Assembly (NCBI GenBank): GCA_034421135.1
Contig: DAOUKQ010000110.1
Coordinates: forward strand, 1,104 to 65,103
DNA length: 64,000 bases
From: Dehalococcoidia bacterium
Lineage (GTDB): Bacteria > Chloroflexota > Dehalococcoidia > Bin125
Direction of reading: 5' to 3'
This document shows positions 18,664 through 27,772 of this stretch, piece after piece. How positions within the stretch are numbered: the first letter of the stretch is position 1; the number at the start of each line of letters is the position of its first letter. The translations under genes were made by a program, and so were the position numbers. The notes beneath the pieces are model-generated. The model was not told where the DNA came from and searched no databases. It saw nothing but the letters and a program-made list of their open reading frames with translations.

Positions 18664-19419
18664 ATGGAGCGCTTTCCCGAGCAGTCATGGGATCCGCTGG
18701 ATGACCGTGTCCAGGGCTGGTTGTCGAGCGGGACCGTGATCGACGGCGCGCGGATTCCCTATGCGTCGAACTACGTGTTCCTGCTGGAGCTGCAGCACGA
18801 CGACGCTCCGACGCTGGGCTATGCGGTGTACAAGCCGGGCCGGGGCGAGAATCCGCTCTGGGATTTTCCGCCGAATCTGTACCGGCGCGAGGTCGCGGCG
18901 TACCGGCTGTCGGAGGCGCTGGGCTGGGATCTGATTCCGCCGACGATTGAACGCGCCGACGGCATGGAGTACGGCGTCGGATCGCTCCAGGCGTACATCA
19001 CGACCGACTACAGTTGTACGTTTTTCGAGCTCAGAGAACAGTACGCCGACGACATGCGCCGCTTCGCTCTCTTCGATTGGTTGAGTAACAACGCCGATCG
19101 CAAGGGCGGTCACATCCTCAAGGGCGAAGGCGATCAACTGTGGGGCATCGACAACGGTCTCTCGTTCCACCAGGACGAGAAGCTGCGCACCGTGATCTGG
19201 GACTACGCCGGCGAGCCGATCGAGCCGGAACTGCTGGCCGACGTGGAGCGGCTGATCCCCCGGCTGGAAGAGCAAGGCGACGCCGCAGCGTCCCTGTCCG
19301 GCTTGCTCAGTCCCGAGGAGATCGAGATCTTGCGCTTACGCGCCGAGCTTGTGGTTCTTGAAGGTCATCTCCCAGAGCCGCCTGCAGGGCGGCGCTCCTA
19401 CCCATGGCCGCTGATCTAG
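18664..19419 (+). CDS. hypothetical protein with lipid/protein-kinase-like catalytic motifs (SCO1664-family-like)
   Basis: 251 aa. …DWLSNNADRKGGHIL…GIDNGLSF… resembles a PI3K/PI4K-type catalytic loop plus DFG-like motif. Family assignment is from memory and not verified. Confidence 0.5.
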   Translation: MERFPEQSWDPLDDRVQGWLSSGTVIDGARIPYASNYVFLLELQHDDAPTLGYAVYKPGRGENPLWDFPPNLYRREVAAYRLSEALGWDLIPPTIERADGMEYGVGSLQAYITTDYSCTFFELREQYADDMRRFALFDWLSNNADRKGGHILKGEGDQLWGIDNGLSFHQDEKLRTVIWDYAGEPIEPELLADVERLIPRLEEQGDAAASLSGLLSPEEIEILRLRAELVVLEGHLPEPPAGRRSYPWPLI

Positions 19420-19445
19420 CGGTCGGGAAGAAATGAACGATTTGG

Positions 19446-19696
19446 CCTCTTCTCTCCCTGGAGACCTGCGCGAGAACCGCTGGGCTCTTGCTCCCTCTCC
19501 CATTAGAGACTTGCGCGTAAACCGACCGGGTCCAGTCCCCGACTTGTTCGGGGACCCGCTCGGCTCCCCGTCTCGTACCTGTTGTGTCCCCCGTAGTGCC
19601 GAAAGGGAGCGGGTCCCCGAACAAGTCGGGGACTGGGAACAGTGCGCCATCGCAATGTAGAACGGGTTTACGCTCAGGTCTCCACCGGGAGAGAGG
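19446..19696. repeat. MITE-like nested-palindrome repeat (copy C)
   Basis: Outer ctccctctccc…gggagagagg arms. TIRs gagacttgcgcgtaaacc…ggtttacgctcaggtctc. Inner gtccccgacttgttcggggaccc…gggtccccgaacaagtcggggac hairpins. Confidence 0.6.
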
Positions 19697-19793
19697 ACCG
19701 GAACGGGTTGTTCGTGCGGGTCACCGCCGAGGGATCGACGCCGTTGGTGTGGGCTAACGTTGACGCTGCCGGTGGACATCGGGAGGTTGAACT

Positions 19794-22193
19794 ATGTCTG
19801 AGCGCGCCCTGGACGGACTATTGGTCATCGATCTGAGCACTGGACTCGGCGGCGCCTACGCGTCAAAGCTGCTCGCCGACCTTGGCGCTCGCGTGATCCT
19901 AGTCGAATCGCCGGACGGCTCCGAACTGCGCGCATGGGGCGCGGACGACAAGGCGTGGGGCGGGCCCTGGGCTCACCTGAGCGGAGGCAAAGAGTCGTCT
20001 GCGCCGGCTGATATGGCCTCGGCTCGGCGTTTGCTCGCCGGACTTTCGCAGGCGGCGGACGTGGTGATTCTCGACGAGCGTTCATATTGGCGGACCGCGC
20101 TACCGAAGGTGTTGCCCGAGCGCGTGGTCCGCGTCGAGATGTCGCCCTGGGGCGCAGATGGACCGTATGCGGGATGGCGCGGCTCGGAGATCGCGACCTG
20201 GGCGATGGGCGGCTACATGTTCTTCACCGGCGACCCGAACGGCGAGCCGCTGATGCTGCCCGGAGGCCAATCGGAGTTGCACGCGGGAGTACACGCGGCG
20301 ATGGCCGCACTCACGGCGATTCGGGAGCGCAAGCGCTCGGGCCATGGGCAGACGGTCGAAATCTCATCCCTGGAAGCGAATCTCTCGGCTCACGCGTGGC
20401 TGATCTCGTCCTGGATCGCTAGCGGCGTGCCGCTCAACCGGGTACCGCACGACTTCACGAAGACGCGCGACGGTTGGGCGCTGTTCATGCGCGCTGTGCC
20501 CAACCCGAACATCTTCCTGCTGATCGATCAGCCGGAGCGGATGGAATCGGTCGAGATTACCAATATCGACGAGTGGCGCGGTCAACTTGCTCAGCTCTAT
20601 GAAGATGTCGAGGCCTGGGCGCAGGATCACGATGCAGTGGAAGTCGCGACGCTGGCGCAGGAGCTGCGCATCGCCTGTACGCCGGTGCTCGACGCGCAGG
20701 GATTGGACGAGAACATCCAGCTCGCCACGCGCGGCTGGTGGGAACAGGGCTCCGACGCCGAGTGGGACGAACTGCGCTTCCCCGGCGCTGCCTACATGAT
20801 GTCGGCGACGCCGGCTGAGCGTCAGGGTCCGGCGCCGGCGCTGGGCGAGCACACGGAGTCGCTTGAGCGGGAGTTCGCACAGACCAAAGCGCCTCAGCCG
20901 CCGCCGGCGATGGCGACCACCGACCTGCCGCTCGCCGGAATGCGCGTGGTCGAGCTGACCGGCAACTGGGCAGGACCGATCGTGGGTCGTCACCTGGGCG
21001 ATCTGGGCGCCGACGTGATCAAGCTCGAGTGGGCGGCGCGACCGGCGACTCGGGCGCTGTTCATGCCCGGTCCGACGCAGGACCCGCAGAAGTACCCCTA
21101 CGACCGCGCGATGTACTTCAACCTGCTCAATCGCAACAAGCGCGATCTCGTGGTTGATCTCTCAGCCGCGGAGGGCAAGCAGATCTTCATGGAGCTAATG
21201 CGCGAGGCCGATGTGTTCGTCGAGAACAACTCGGCGCGGGTGATGCCCAATCTGGGCTTGGACTACGAAAAGGTGCGAGCGGAGAATCCGCGCATTATCT
21301 ACGTCTCGATGTCCGGCTTCGGCGCGACCGGCCCGTGGCGCGATTGGTCGGCGTACGGCTCGAACATTGAAGCGTCCTCGGGACTGGCTTCGGTCACCGG
21401 CTACAACGCCGACCAAGTACGGCGCACACCGCTCTTCTACGCCGATCCGGTCTCGGGCAATCACGGAACCGTCGCCATCCTCGCAGCGCTGGAACACCGG
21501 GATCGATCCGGCGAGGGTCAGTACATCGACGTGGCGCTCAACGAGGCGGGCGCCGCCTACTTCTTCGAGTCGCTGATGGCGTATCAGGCATCGGGCGAGA
21601 TCATGCGTCCGAACGGCAATCGCGATCGCCGTTTCGCTCCGCAGGGCGCATATCGAGCGATGGGCGAAGACTCGTGGATCGCGCTTTCGGTGCAATCGGA
21701 TGCGGACTGGTCGGCACTGTGTCGCGTGATCGGACGAGAGGACCTGTTGGCCGATTCGGAACTGGCGACTCTGGAGGGTCGCATCACGCGGCATGACGAG
21801 CTCGATGCGGCAATCACGGCCTGGACGAGCGAGTTCGAGCAGTATGAAGCGGCTTGGGCGCTGCAACACGCGGGCATCTCGGCGGCGCCGATTCTTGCCA
21901 ACTGGCAGGTGCTGCACGACCCCCACATCCACGAGCGCGGCTTCTATCACTGGGTCAACCACGCGGTGATCGGCGTCTATCCCTATCCGAGCTGGCCCTG
22001 GCAGTTCAGCCGCACCAAGCCCTCGATCCGCCGAGCCGCTCCCCGATTCGCGGAGCACAACAGCCAGGTGCTCGCCGAACTCGGCTACGACGACGAGCAA
22101 ATCGCGGAGCTGTACGCGTTGGAGATCATGTCGGACGTCCCCACCGCCCCGCTGCTGATCGCTCGCGGCGGGTTCACCTCATCGGATGACTGA
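19794..22193 (+). CDS. fused tandem CoA-transferase family III protein (two CaiB/BaiF domains)
   Basis: 799 aa. The N-terminal domain (…LVIDLSTGLGGAYASKLLADLGARVILVE…) and C-terminal domain (…MRVVELTGNWAGPIVGRHLGDLGADVIKLE…) each resemble a full CaiB unit. Confidence 0.85.
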   Translation: MSERALDGLLVIDLSTGLGGAYASKLLADLGARVILVESPDGSELRAWGADDKAWGGPWAHLSGGKESSAPADMASARRLLAGLSQAADVVILDERSYWRTALPKVLPERVVRVEMSPWGADGPYAGWRGSEIATWAMGGYMFFTGDPNGEPLMLPGGQSELHAGVHAAMAALTAIRERKRSGHGQTVEISSLEANLSAHAWLISSWIASGVPLNRVPHDFTKTRDGWALFMRAVPNPNIFLLIDQPERMESVEITNIDEWRGQLAQLYEDVEAWAQDHDAVEVATLAQELRIACTPVLDAQGLDENIQLATRGWWEQGSDAEWDELRFPGAAYMMSATPAERQGPAPALGEHTESLEREFAQTKAPQPPPAMATTDLPLAGMRVVELTGNWAGPIVGRHLGDLGADVIKLEWAARPATRALFMPGPTQDPQKYPYDRAMYFNLLNRNKRDLVVDLSAAEGKQIFMELMREADVFVENNSARVMPNLGLDYEKVRAENPRIIYVSMSGFGATGPWRDWSAYGSNIEASSGLASVTGYNADQVRRTPLFYADPVSGNHGTVAILAALEHRDRSGEGQYIDVALNEAGAAYFFESLMAYQASGEIMRPNGNRDRRFAPQGAYRAMGEDSWIALSVQSDADWSALCRVIGREDLLADSELATLEGRITRHDELDAAITAWTSEFEQYEAAWALQHAGISAAPILANWQVLHDPHIHERGFYHWVNHAVIGVYPYPSWPWQFSRTKPSIRRAAPRFAEHNSQVLAELGYDDEQIAELYALEIMSDVPTAPLLIARGGFTSSDD

Positions 22194-22210
22194 CCGCTAC
22201 AGGCTCTGGC

Positions 22211-22420
22211 CTTGCTCCCTCACCCAAAGGAGAGTTGCGCGTAAACCGACCCGGTCCCGTCCCCGACTTGTTCGGGGACCCGCTCCCGTTCGGCACTACT
22301 GGGGATCTACCAGGTACGAGACGGGGAGCCGAGCAGGTCCCCGAACAAGTCGGGGACTGGGAGCAGTGCGCCATCGCATTGAAGCTCGGGTTTACGCACA
22401 GGTCTCAACAGGGAGAAAGG
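22211..22420. repeat. MITE-like nested-palindrome repeat (copy D)
   Basis: Same termini as copy C (gagagttgcgcgtaaacc…ggtttacgcacaggtctc). The central ~50 bp is inverted relative to copy C. Confidence 0.6.
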
Positions 22421-22433
22421 ACTGCACTGAGGC

Positions 22434-24041
22434 TCACGCTGAGCCGCCGAACTGGTGGCGGGCTGAGGTGATGGGATTGGCCGCCATCTGACCGAGGCCG
22501 CAGAGGGAACCGGCGGTGATCAAGGGGATCAACTCGTCGACATCGGCCCAGTTGCCGCTAGCCAGGGCTTCGGCCATGCGACCGGAACCCTCGCGGCAGG
22601 GCGTGCACTTACCGCAGGATTCATTGGCGTTGTAGTCGGCCCAGATCGCGAGCGCGCGCTCAACCCCGAACGACTTGGGAATGCCAATGATTCCACCTGC
22701 GCCCAGAAGCGCGCCGTGACCGTCCATCGCACCGGGCGCGATCGGGGTGTCGAAATGGTCCGGTGACAGGAAGCCTCCCGACGGTCCACCCATCGTGACG
22801 CCGGCCAGCGCCTCGCTCGGTTCGCCGAGCTCGATGATCTCCGCGACCGACGTGCCGAGCGGGATCTCGATCACACCGCGATTGCGGAATGCGCCGCTGA
22901 GCTGGATCAGCTTGGTCCCTGGAATCGTCTCGCCGCCGACTTCGCGGAACCAATCCGCTCCGAACTCAAAGATGTCGGGGATGTTCGAGAGCGTCTCGAC
23001 GCTGTTGATCGCCGTCGGCCGACCCCACAACCCCCGCTCCGTTGGATACGGCGGCTTCAGCCGAGGCACCGCCCGCCGACCCTCGATCGATTCGAGGATC
23101 ACCGACTCCTCACCGCACACGTAGCCGCCTGCGCCGCGCCGGATTTCGACCGTCAGACCGTCCAACAGACCGGCCGAGCGCGCATCCGAGATAGCGCCCT
23201 GCGCCGCCGCGGCCGAGCGGTCGGCCATGCCGTTGATGTACCAGAACGCATGGGACGCGCCGAGCACGTAACAGGCGATCCGAATGCCCTCGAGGATGCG
23301 CTGTGGATCCGACTCCATCAACCAGCGGTCTTTGAACGTGCCCGGTTCTCCCTCCTCACCGTTCGCGACGAGGAACGGCTGCCCATTGCGAGCGGCCGCG
23401 TCGACCGCGCCGCCCCATTTGAGGTGGACGGGAAAGTACGCGCCGCCGCGTCCGAGCAGCCCGCACTGCGCGACCATCGCCATCGCGTCGGAGGGACTGA
23501 GCTGCGACGCCGCTCGCCAACCGCGCCAATCGGGAGGATTTGCAGTCCGTCGCGCAGTCACGCGTGTCAGTCCACCCGGCACCACCACTCTGGCAGCGTC
23601 AAAGACGGAGTCGTCAACCGATGCTTCGATCCGATCCGAGCCGCTCACGACGATCGGTCCATTCGAGGCGGCGGCGCAGAGGAACATGCACTCGTGCGAT
23701 TCGCCGTCAAGGTCGGAGTCGCCGGCCGCAATCTGACACGTCATCCCGCGGCAGACGCGCACGGCGTCGTCAGCGAGTGGACTCCAGCGGAACTCCGTGT
23801 AACTGGTGGCGACCGCGAACAACTCGGCTCGCGGCATGTGAATCCACCTGGCGACCTCCTCCAGCGCGGCGGTGTCGAGGTAGCCGTAGAGGTGATCGAC
23901 CAGGTGCAAAGCCGGCAGCGCCTGCGTCTTCTGCCGCGGCAGATCGGATAGCGCCGCGCGGAGTTCGGCGAGCAGTGGTTCGGTCGTCGATTCGGTCACC
24001 ACAGCCGTCCGCTCCTTCCCTGCCTGTGTTGTCCACCCCAT
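22434..24041 (-). CDS. NADH dehydrogenase-like NuoE-NuoF fusion (diaphorase subunit)
   Basis: The N-terminus has the NuoE 2Fe-2S pattern CRGMTC…C…C. The NuoF segment has GRGGAYFPVHLKWG (FMN), GEEGEPGTFKDR (NADH) and ESCGKCTPCREG (4Fe-4S). Confidence 0.85.
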   Translation of the reverse strand: MGWTTQAGKERTAVVTESTTEPLLAELRAALSDLPRQKTQALPALHLVDHLYGYLDTAALEEVARWIHMPRAELFAVATSYTEFRWSPLADDAVRVCRGMTCQIAAGDSDLDGESHECMFLCAAASNGPIVVSGSDRIEASVDDSVFDAARVVVPGGLTRVTARRTANPPDWRGWRAASQLSPSDAMAMVAQCGLLGRGGAYFPVHLKWGGAVDAAARNGQPFLVANGEEGEPGTFKDRWLMESDPQRILEGIRIACYVLGASHAFWYINGMADRSAAAAQGAISDARSAGLLDGLTVEIRRGAGGYVCGEESVILESIEGRRAVPRLKPPYPTERGLWGRPTAINSVETLSNIPDIFEFGADWFREVGGETIPGTKLIQLSGAFRNRGVIEIPLGTSVAEIIELGEPSEALAGVTMGGPSGGFLSPDHFDTPIAPGAMDGHGALLGAGGIIGIPKSFGVERALAIWADYNANESCGKCTPCREGSGRMAEALASGNWADVDELIPLITAGSLCGLGQMAANPITSARHQFGGSA

Positions 24042-24103
24042 GGGACGCGCTGGATACCATTCTACTTACCCCTCACGGGACGACCGGAAGGCCAGGCGAC
24101 GCG

Positions 24104-25156
24104 ATGTCCGACCAGAGCGACCAGACCGACCAGACCGACCTGCCGCGTTCCTACGCCGAAGCGCACCCCAGGAAGAGGCCGCCCAATCGCTATGGGCCGG
24201 ACAATACGTACCTGGGCGTTCCGCACGCCGACTTGCGCGATCCCGAGTCCTTCGCAGACGCGCAAGCGGTCGTGATCGGCGCGCCGTTCGACGCCGGAAC
24301 CAGCTATCGGCCGGGCGCGCGATTCGGACCGCAGGCAATCCGTTCCACCGACTATCTCCCGCACACCGGCTATCGACCGCACCTGGGGCTTCGAGTCGAT
24401 CCGCTAGGCGAGTTGGGCGTGGTTGATGTCGGCGATGTCAACATGCCCCAGCTCGACAGCGAGGGCGGTCTGACTCGGCTCATGGAAGCCTGCCGCGTGA
24501 TCTCGGCCTCGGGTGCAATTCCGGTTGTGCTCGGCGGCGATCACACCATCACCTACGCGACCGCCCAGGGCGTGGCGAAGCATCATGGTTTCGGCCGCGT
24601 CGCGCTGATCCACTTCGATGCCCACGCCGATACCGGCGACTCCGAGGGCGGCCTCTGGGGGCACGGGACGCCCATGCGGCAACTGATCATGAGCGGCGCC
24701 GTCCGCGGCGACCGCTTCCTTCAGATCGGTCTGCGTGGCTATTGGCCGGACCCGCCGATCCTCGAGTGGATGGCGGACCAGCGGATGCGATGGTACGAAA
24801 TGACCGAGGTCGTCGAGCGCGGGCTCGACGCGTGCCTTGCCGAAGCGCTGGAGCGAGCCGCCGACGATTGCGATGGCGTGTTCCTCTCGGTTGACGTGGA
24901 TGTCGTCGATCCAGGCATGGCGCCGGGCACTGGTACTCCGGAGTCGGGCGGTTTGACATCGAGGCAATTGCTCGACGCGGTGCGACGGATTGGGATGGAG
25001 TCGAACCTGCTGGGCATCGACGTCGTCGAGGTCGCGCCTGCTTACGACCAATCGGACGTGACGGCGTTGCTCGGCAATCGGGTTGTACTGGAGACGCTGT
25101 CGGGGGTGACTGTCCGGCGCCGTAGCCAAAGCGACGGATACGCGACTGAGTCCTAG
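24104..25156 (+). CDS. agmatinase/arginase-family ureohydrolase
   Basis: Trimmed to MSDQSDQ…. GGDHTIT, HFDAHADT and SVDVDVVDP are the arginase-family Mn-binding motifs. Confidence 0.85.
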   Translation: MSDQSDQTDQTDLPRSYAEAHPRKRPPNRYGPDNTYLGVPHADLRDPESFADAQAVVIGAPFDAGTSYRPGARFGPQAIRSTDYLPHTGYRPHLGLRVDPLGELGVVDVGDVNMPQLDSEGGLTRLMEACRVISASGAIPVVLGGDHTITYATAQGVAKHHGFGRVALIHFDAHADTGDSEGGLWGHGTPMRQLIMSGAVRGDRFLQIGLRGYWPDPPILEWMADQRMRWYEMTEVVERGLDACLAEALERAADDCDGVFLSVDVDVVDPGMAPGTGTPESGGLTSRQLLDAVRRIGMESNLLGIDVVEVAPAYDQSDVTALLGNRVVLETLSGVTVRRRSQSDGYATES

Positions 25157-25232
25157 GTAGACTGCGGCGTTCTCTATGTAGAACGCATGGTCGATGTCGC
25201 TGTTAGGCTCGAGAGCATCGTAAGGAGCGATC

Positions 25233-25946
25233 ATGGTCACAACCACCGATCAGGCAGACGCCAGGGCTACGGACCTGAACACGCCAATGCCGCAGCAGAT
25301 CAGCTTGACCGACGCACTGACGGCGCCAGACGATCCGATCGTGCTGCGCCTGCCCGCTCAGTGGCGATTGACCGATGACGCGTTCTTCGACTTTTTTGAG
25401 CTCAACGATCCATTGTCGTTCGAACGAACGGCGGAAGGAGATCTCGTCATCGTCCCTCCGCCATCAGGCCCTAGCCCTCGGATAGGACCGCGAATCAGCG
25501 CCCAGCTCGTTGAGTGGATCGATGCGGGAGGAGGAGGCGTCGTTGCGGACAGCAGTGGCGGCTACAAGCTGGGCGAGACGCCGCCGACGGGAGAGGAACA
25601 GAAACAACCGACGCGCATTCCCGATGTGTCCTGGATTCCGGACGAGCTGTTCGCGAGTCTCGATCCCGATGAGATCCTTGATGATGTCCCTCGTGTCTGC
25701 CCGCCATTCGTGGTCGAGATCATCTCTGCAAGACAAAGTGTGGGGCCTCAGCAGAAGAAGATGACCGAGTGGTTGAGCTACGGCGTGTTGTTGGGATGGC
25801 TGTTGGATCCGAAGCGGGGCAAAGCCTGGATCTACAGAGCCGGGCAAACCGCACCGGAAGAGTTGGATCGTCCAGCCACGCTTTCGGGCGAGCGCGTGCT
25901 GGAAGGGTTCAATTTGGATTGCTCGGCGGTTTGGGATCTCGAGTAG
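25233..25946 (+). CDS. Uma2-family (DUF820) putative endonuclease
   Basis: 237 aa with …VCPPFVVEIISARQS…WIYRAG…, the Uma2 pattern. It is in tandem with a paralogue. Confidence 0.8.
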   Translation: MVTTTDQADARATDLNTPMPQQISLTDALTAPDDPIVLRLPAQWRLTDDAFFDFFELNDPLSFERTAEGDLVIVPPPSGPSPRIGPRISAQLVEWIDAGGGGVVADSSGGYKLGETPPTGEEQKQPTRIPDVSWIPDELFASLDPDEILDDVPRVCPPFVVEIISARQSVGPQQKKMTEWLSYGVLLGWLLDPKRGKAWIYRAGQTAPEELDRPATLSGERVLEGFNLDCSAVWDLE

Positions 25947-26005
25947 CTGCAACATCGGCGCTCGCAACCGGCGTATCCTGACTCGCAAGTGTCGCGGAGA
26001 TCCTC

Positions 26006-26689
26006 ATGGTCACTACCCCAACGAAGCCGCATGTCGCTCACACGCCAGTGACTCCGGCGGATGATGCCGTTCCAGTCTCTGCAGATTCGCTGCTGCTGCG
26101 CCTTCCCGAGCAGTGGAAACTCACCGACCGCGCGCTGTCGGAAATTGCCGGCCTGAACGATCTGCTCTTCGAACGAACCGCGGAAGGTGATCTCGTTGTG
26201 ACACTCCCACCGCTTGGCCGAGCGCCGCGAGTCGGCGTGGAAATCAGCGCCCAGATTCGCAACTGGATGAGGGACGGCGGCGGCGGTGAGGTCTCGGACA
26301 GCAGCGGCGGTTTTCGCCTCGGTGACGTACAGGACGATGACGAGGATCGAACGGGACAAGTGCTCGTCCCCGACGTTTCTTGGCTCAGTCCTGCTCAAAT
26401 CGCAGAATTCGACGAAGACGCAGTGGACGAGCGCTATCTGCCGATCTGTCCGGAACTCATCGTCGAGATCATCTCGGCCAGGCAACGCGTGGCAGACCAG
26501 CAAGGCCGCATGGCCGAGTGGATGGGCTTCGGCGCGAGGCTTGGTTGGCTGATCGATCCGCAGCGCAACAAGGCCTGGGTGTATCGAGTAGATCGAGACG
26601 AACCGGAAGAACTGGACCGACCCCCGAGCCTGTCGGGCGAAGACGTTCTGGCCGGATTCGAACTCGATTGCTCGCACATCTGGCGCTGA
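26006..26689 (+). CDS. Uma2-family (DUF820) putative endonuclease
   Basis: 227 aa with …ICPELIVEIISARQR…WVYRVD… It is a paralogue of 25233..25946. Confidence 0.8.
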   Translation: MVTTPTKPHVAHTPVTPADDAVPVSADSLLLRLPEQWKLTDRALSEIAGLNDLLFERTAEGDLVVTLPPLGRAPRVGVEISAQIRNWMRDGGGGEVSDSSGGFRLGDVQDDDEDRTGQVLVPDVSWLSPAQIAEFDEDAVDERYLPICPELIVEIISARQRVADQQGRMAEWMGFGARLGWLIDPQRNKAWVYRVDRDEPEELDRPPSLSGEDVLAGFELDCSHIWR

Positions 26690-26724
26690 GCCGCGTCGGG
26701 CTGCTGGGCCGTTAGTCTGTCCGC

Positions 26725-27738
26725 ATGTCTTCCAATCGCGACCCGATGCAGTTCGGGGTGCTGCAGTTCTTCAGTTGGCCTGGACGCCGCGTACCGCTGC
26801 CGACTGTCTACGAGCGTGCGCTCAACCGCATCGACATCATGGATGAGAGCGGCTACGACTGCGTCTGGCTGGCCGAGCATCACTTCTCTACCTACTCGGT
26901 CTGCCCGTCGGTGCACCTGATGGGCATGCACGTCGCCGGACGCACGAAGCGCATTCGCATTGGCACGGCGGTGACGCTGGCCTCGTTCTATCACCCGCTG
27001 CGGATTGCGGAGGAAGTGGCGCTGCTCGACATCCTCTCCGGCGGCCGCGTCAACTGGGGCGCGGGACGCGGATTCGACCGCACGGAGTTCCGCGTGTTCG
27101 GTGTTGAGTTCGAGGAGTCCTACCCGCGCTTCCGCGAGTCGGTGCAGGTGGTGTTGGAGGCCTGGCGGCAGGAACGCATCACCTGGCACGGCGACTACTT
27201 CGACTTCGACGACATTGAGGTGCTGCCCAAACCGCACCAGCAGCCGACGCCGCCGTTCTGGGTCGCCGCAGGCGGGCCCGATGCAATCGACTGGGCGGCC
27301 AGCCAGGGCTACTCGATCCTGATGGACCCGCACGCGACCCATGCCGAGATCGGCGACAAGCACACGAACTACTTCAAGGCGCTTGAAGATCACGGCCACT
27401 CGACTGACGACCGGGTGATCCCGATGGCTCGCCTGATCGCCGTCGCCGAGACCGACGAGGAAGCCGAGCAGATCGCGATCAACGGCGCTCAATGGACGAT
27501 CGGTTCCTATGCCAACGACAAGGTCAGCGGCAATTCCAGCCCGAGCCGGCAGTTGTCGGTTGACGAGCGGATTGATCGCTACGCGAACCAGGTGGTCATC
27601 CACGGCAGCGCGCCGAAAGTGATCGATCAGCTCGAAGAACTGCGCGAGACCATCAGCCTGGATTACCTGATCGCTTCGCCGTTCTCGCACGACTCATTTG
27701 TCCGCTTCACCAACGACGTGATGCCGCACTTCCAATAG
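26725..27738 (+). CDS. LLM-class flavin/F420-dependent oxidoreductase
   Basis: 337 aa with the luciferase-like pattern …DESGYDCVWLAEHHF…. Confidence 0.85.
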   Translation: MSSNRDPMQFGVLQFFSWPGRRVPLPTVYERALNRIDIMDESGYDCVWLAEHHFSTYSVCPSVHLMGMHVAGRTKRIRIGTAVTLASFYHPLRIAEEVALLDILSGGRVNWGAGRGFDRTEFRVFGVEFEESYPRFRESVQVVLEAWRQERITWHGDYFDFDDIEVLPKPHQQPTPPFWVAAGGPDAIDWAASQGYSILMDPHATHAEIGDKHTNYFKALEDHGHSTDDRVIPMARLIAVAETDEEAEQIAINGAQWTIGSYANDKVSGNSSPSRQLSVDERIDRYANQVVIHGSAPKVIDQLEELRETISLDYLIASPFSHDSFVRFTNDVMPHFQ

Positions 27739-27772
27739 CCCGGTATCCGTTGCAGCACACTGGAGAACTCGA

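Noticed and set aside
23540-25156. 538-aa ORF-track version of the agmatinase gene
   Set aside because: The first ~188 codons are Arg-rich and run antisense to the well-supported NuoEF-fusion gene. The conserved ureohydrolase sequence begins at the internal Met at 24104.
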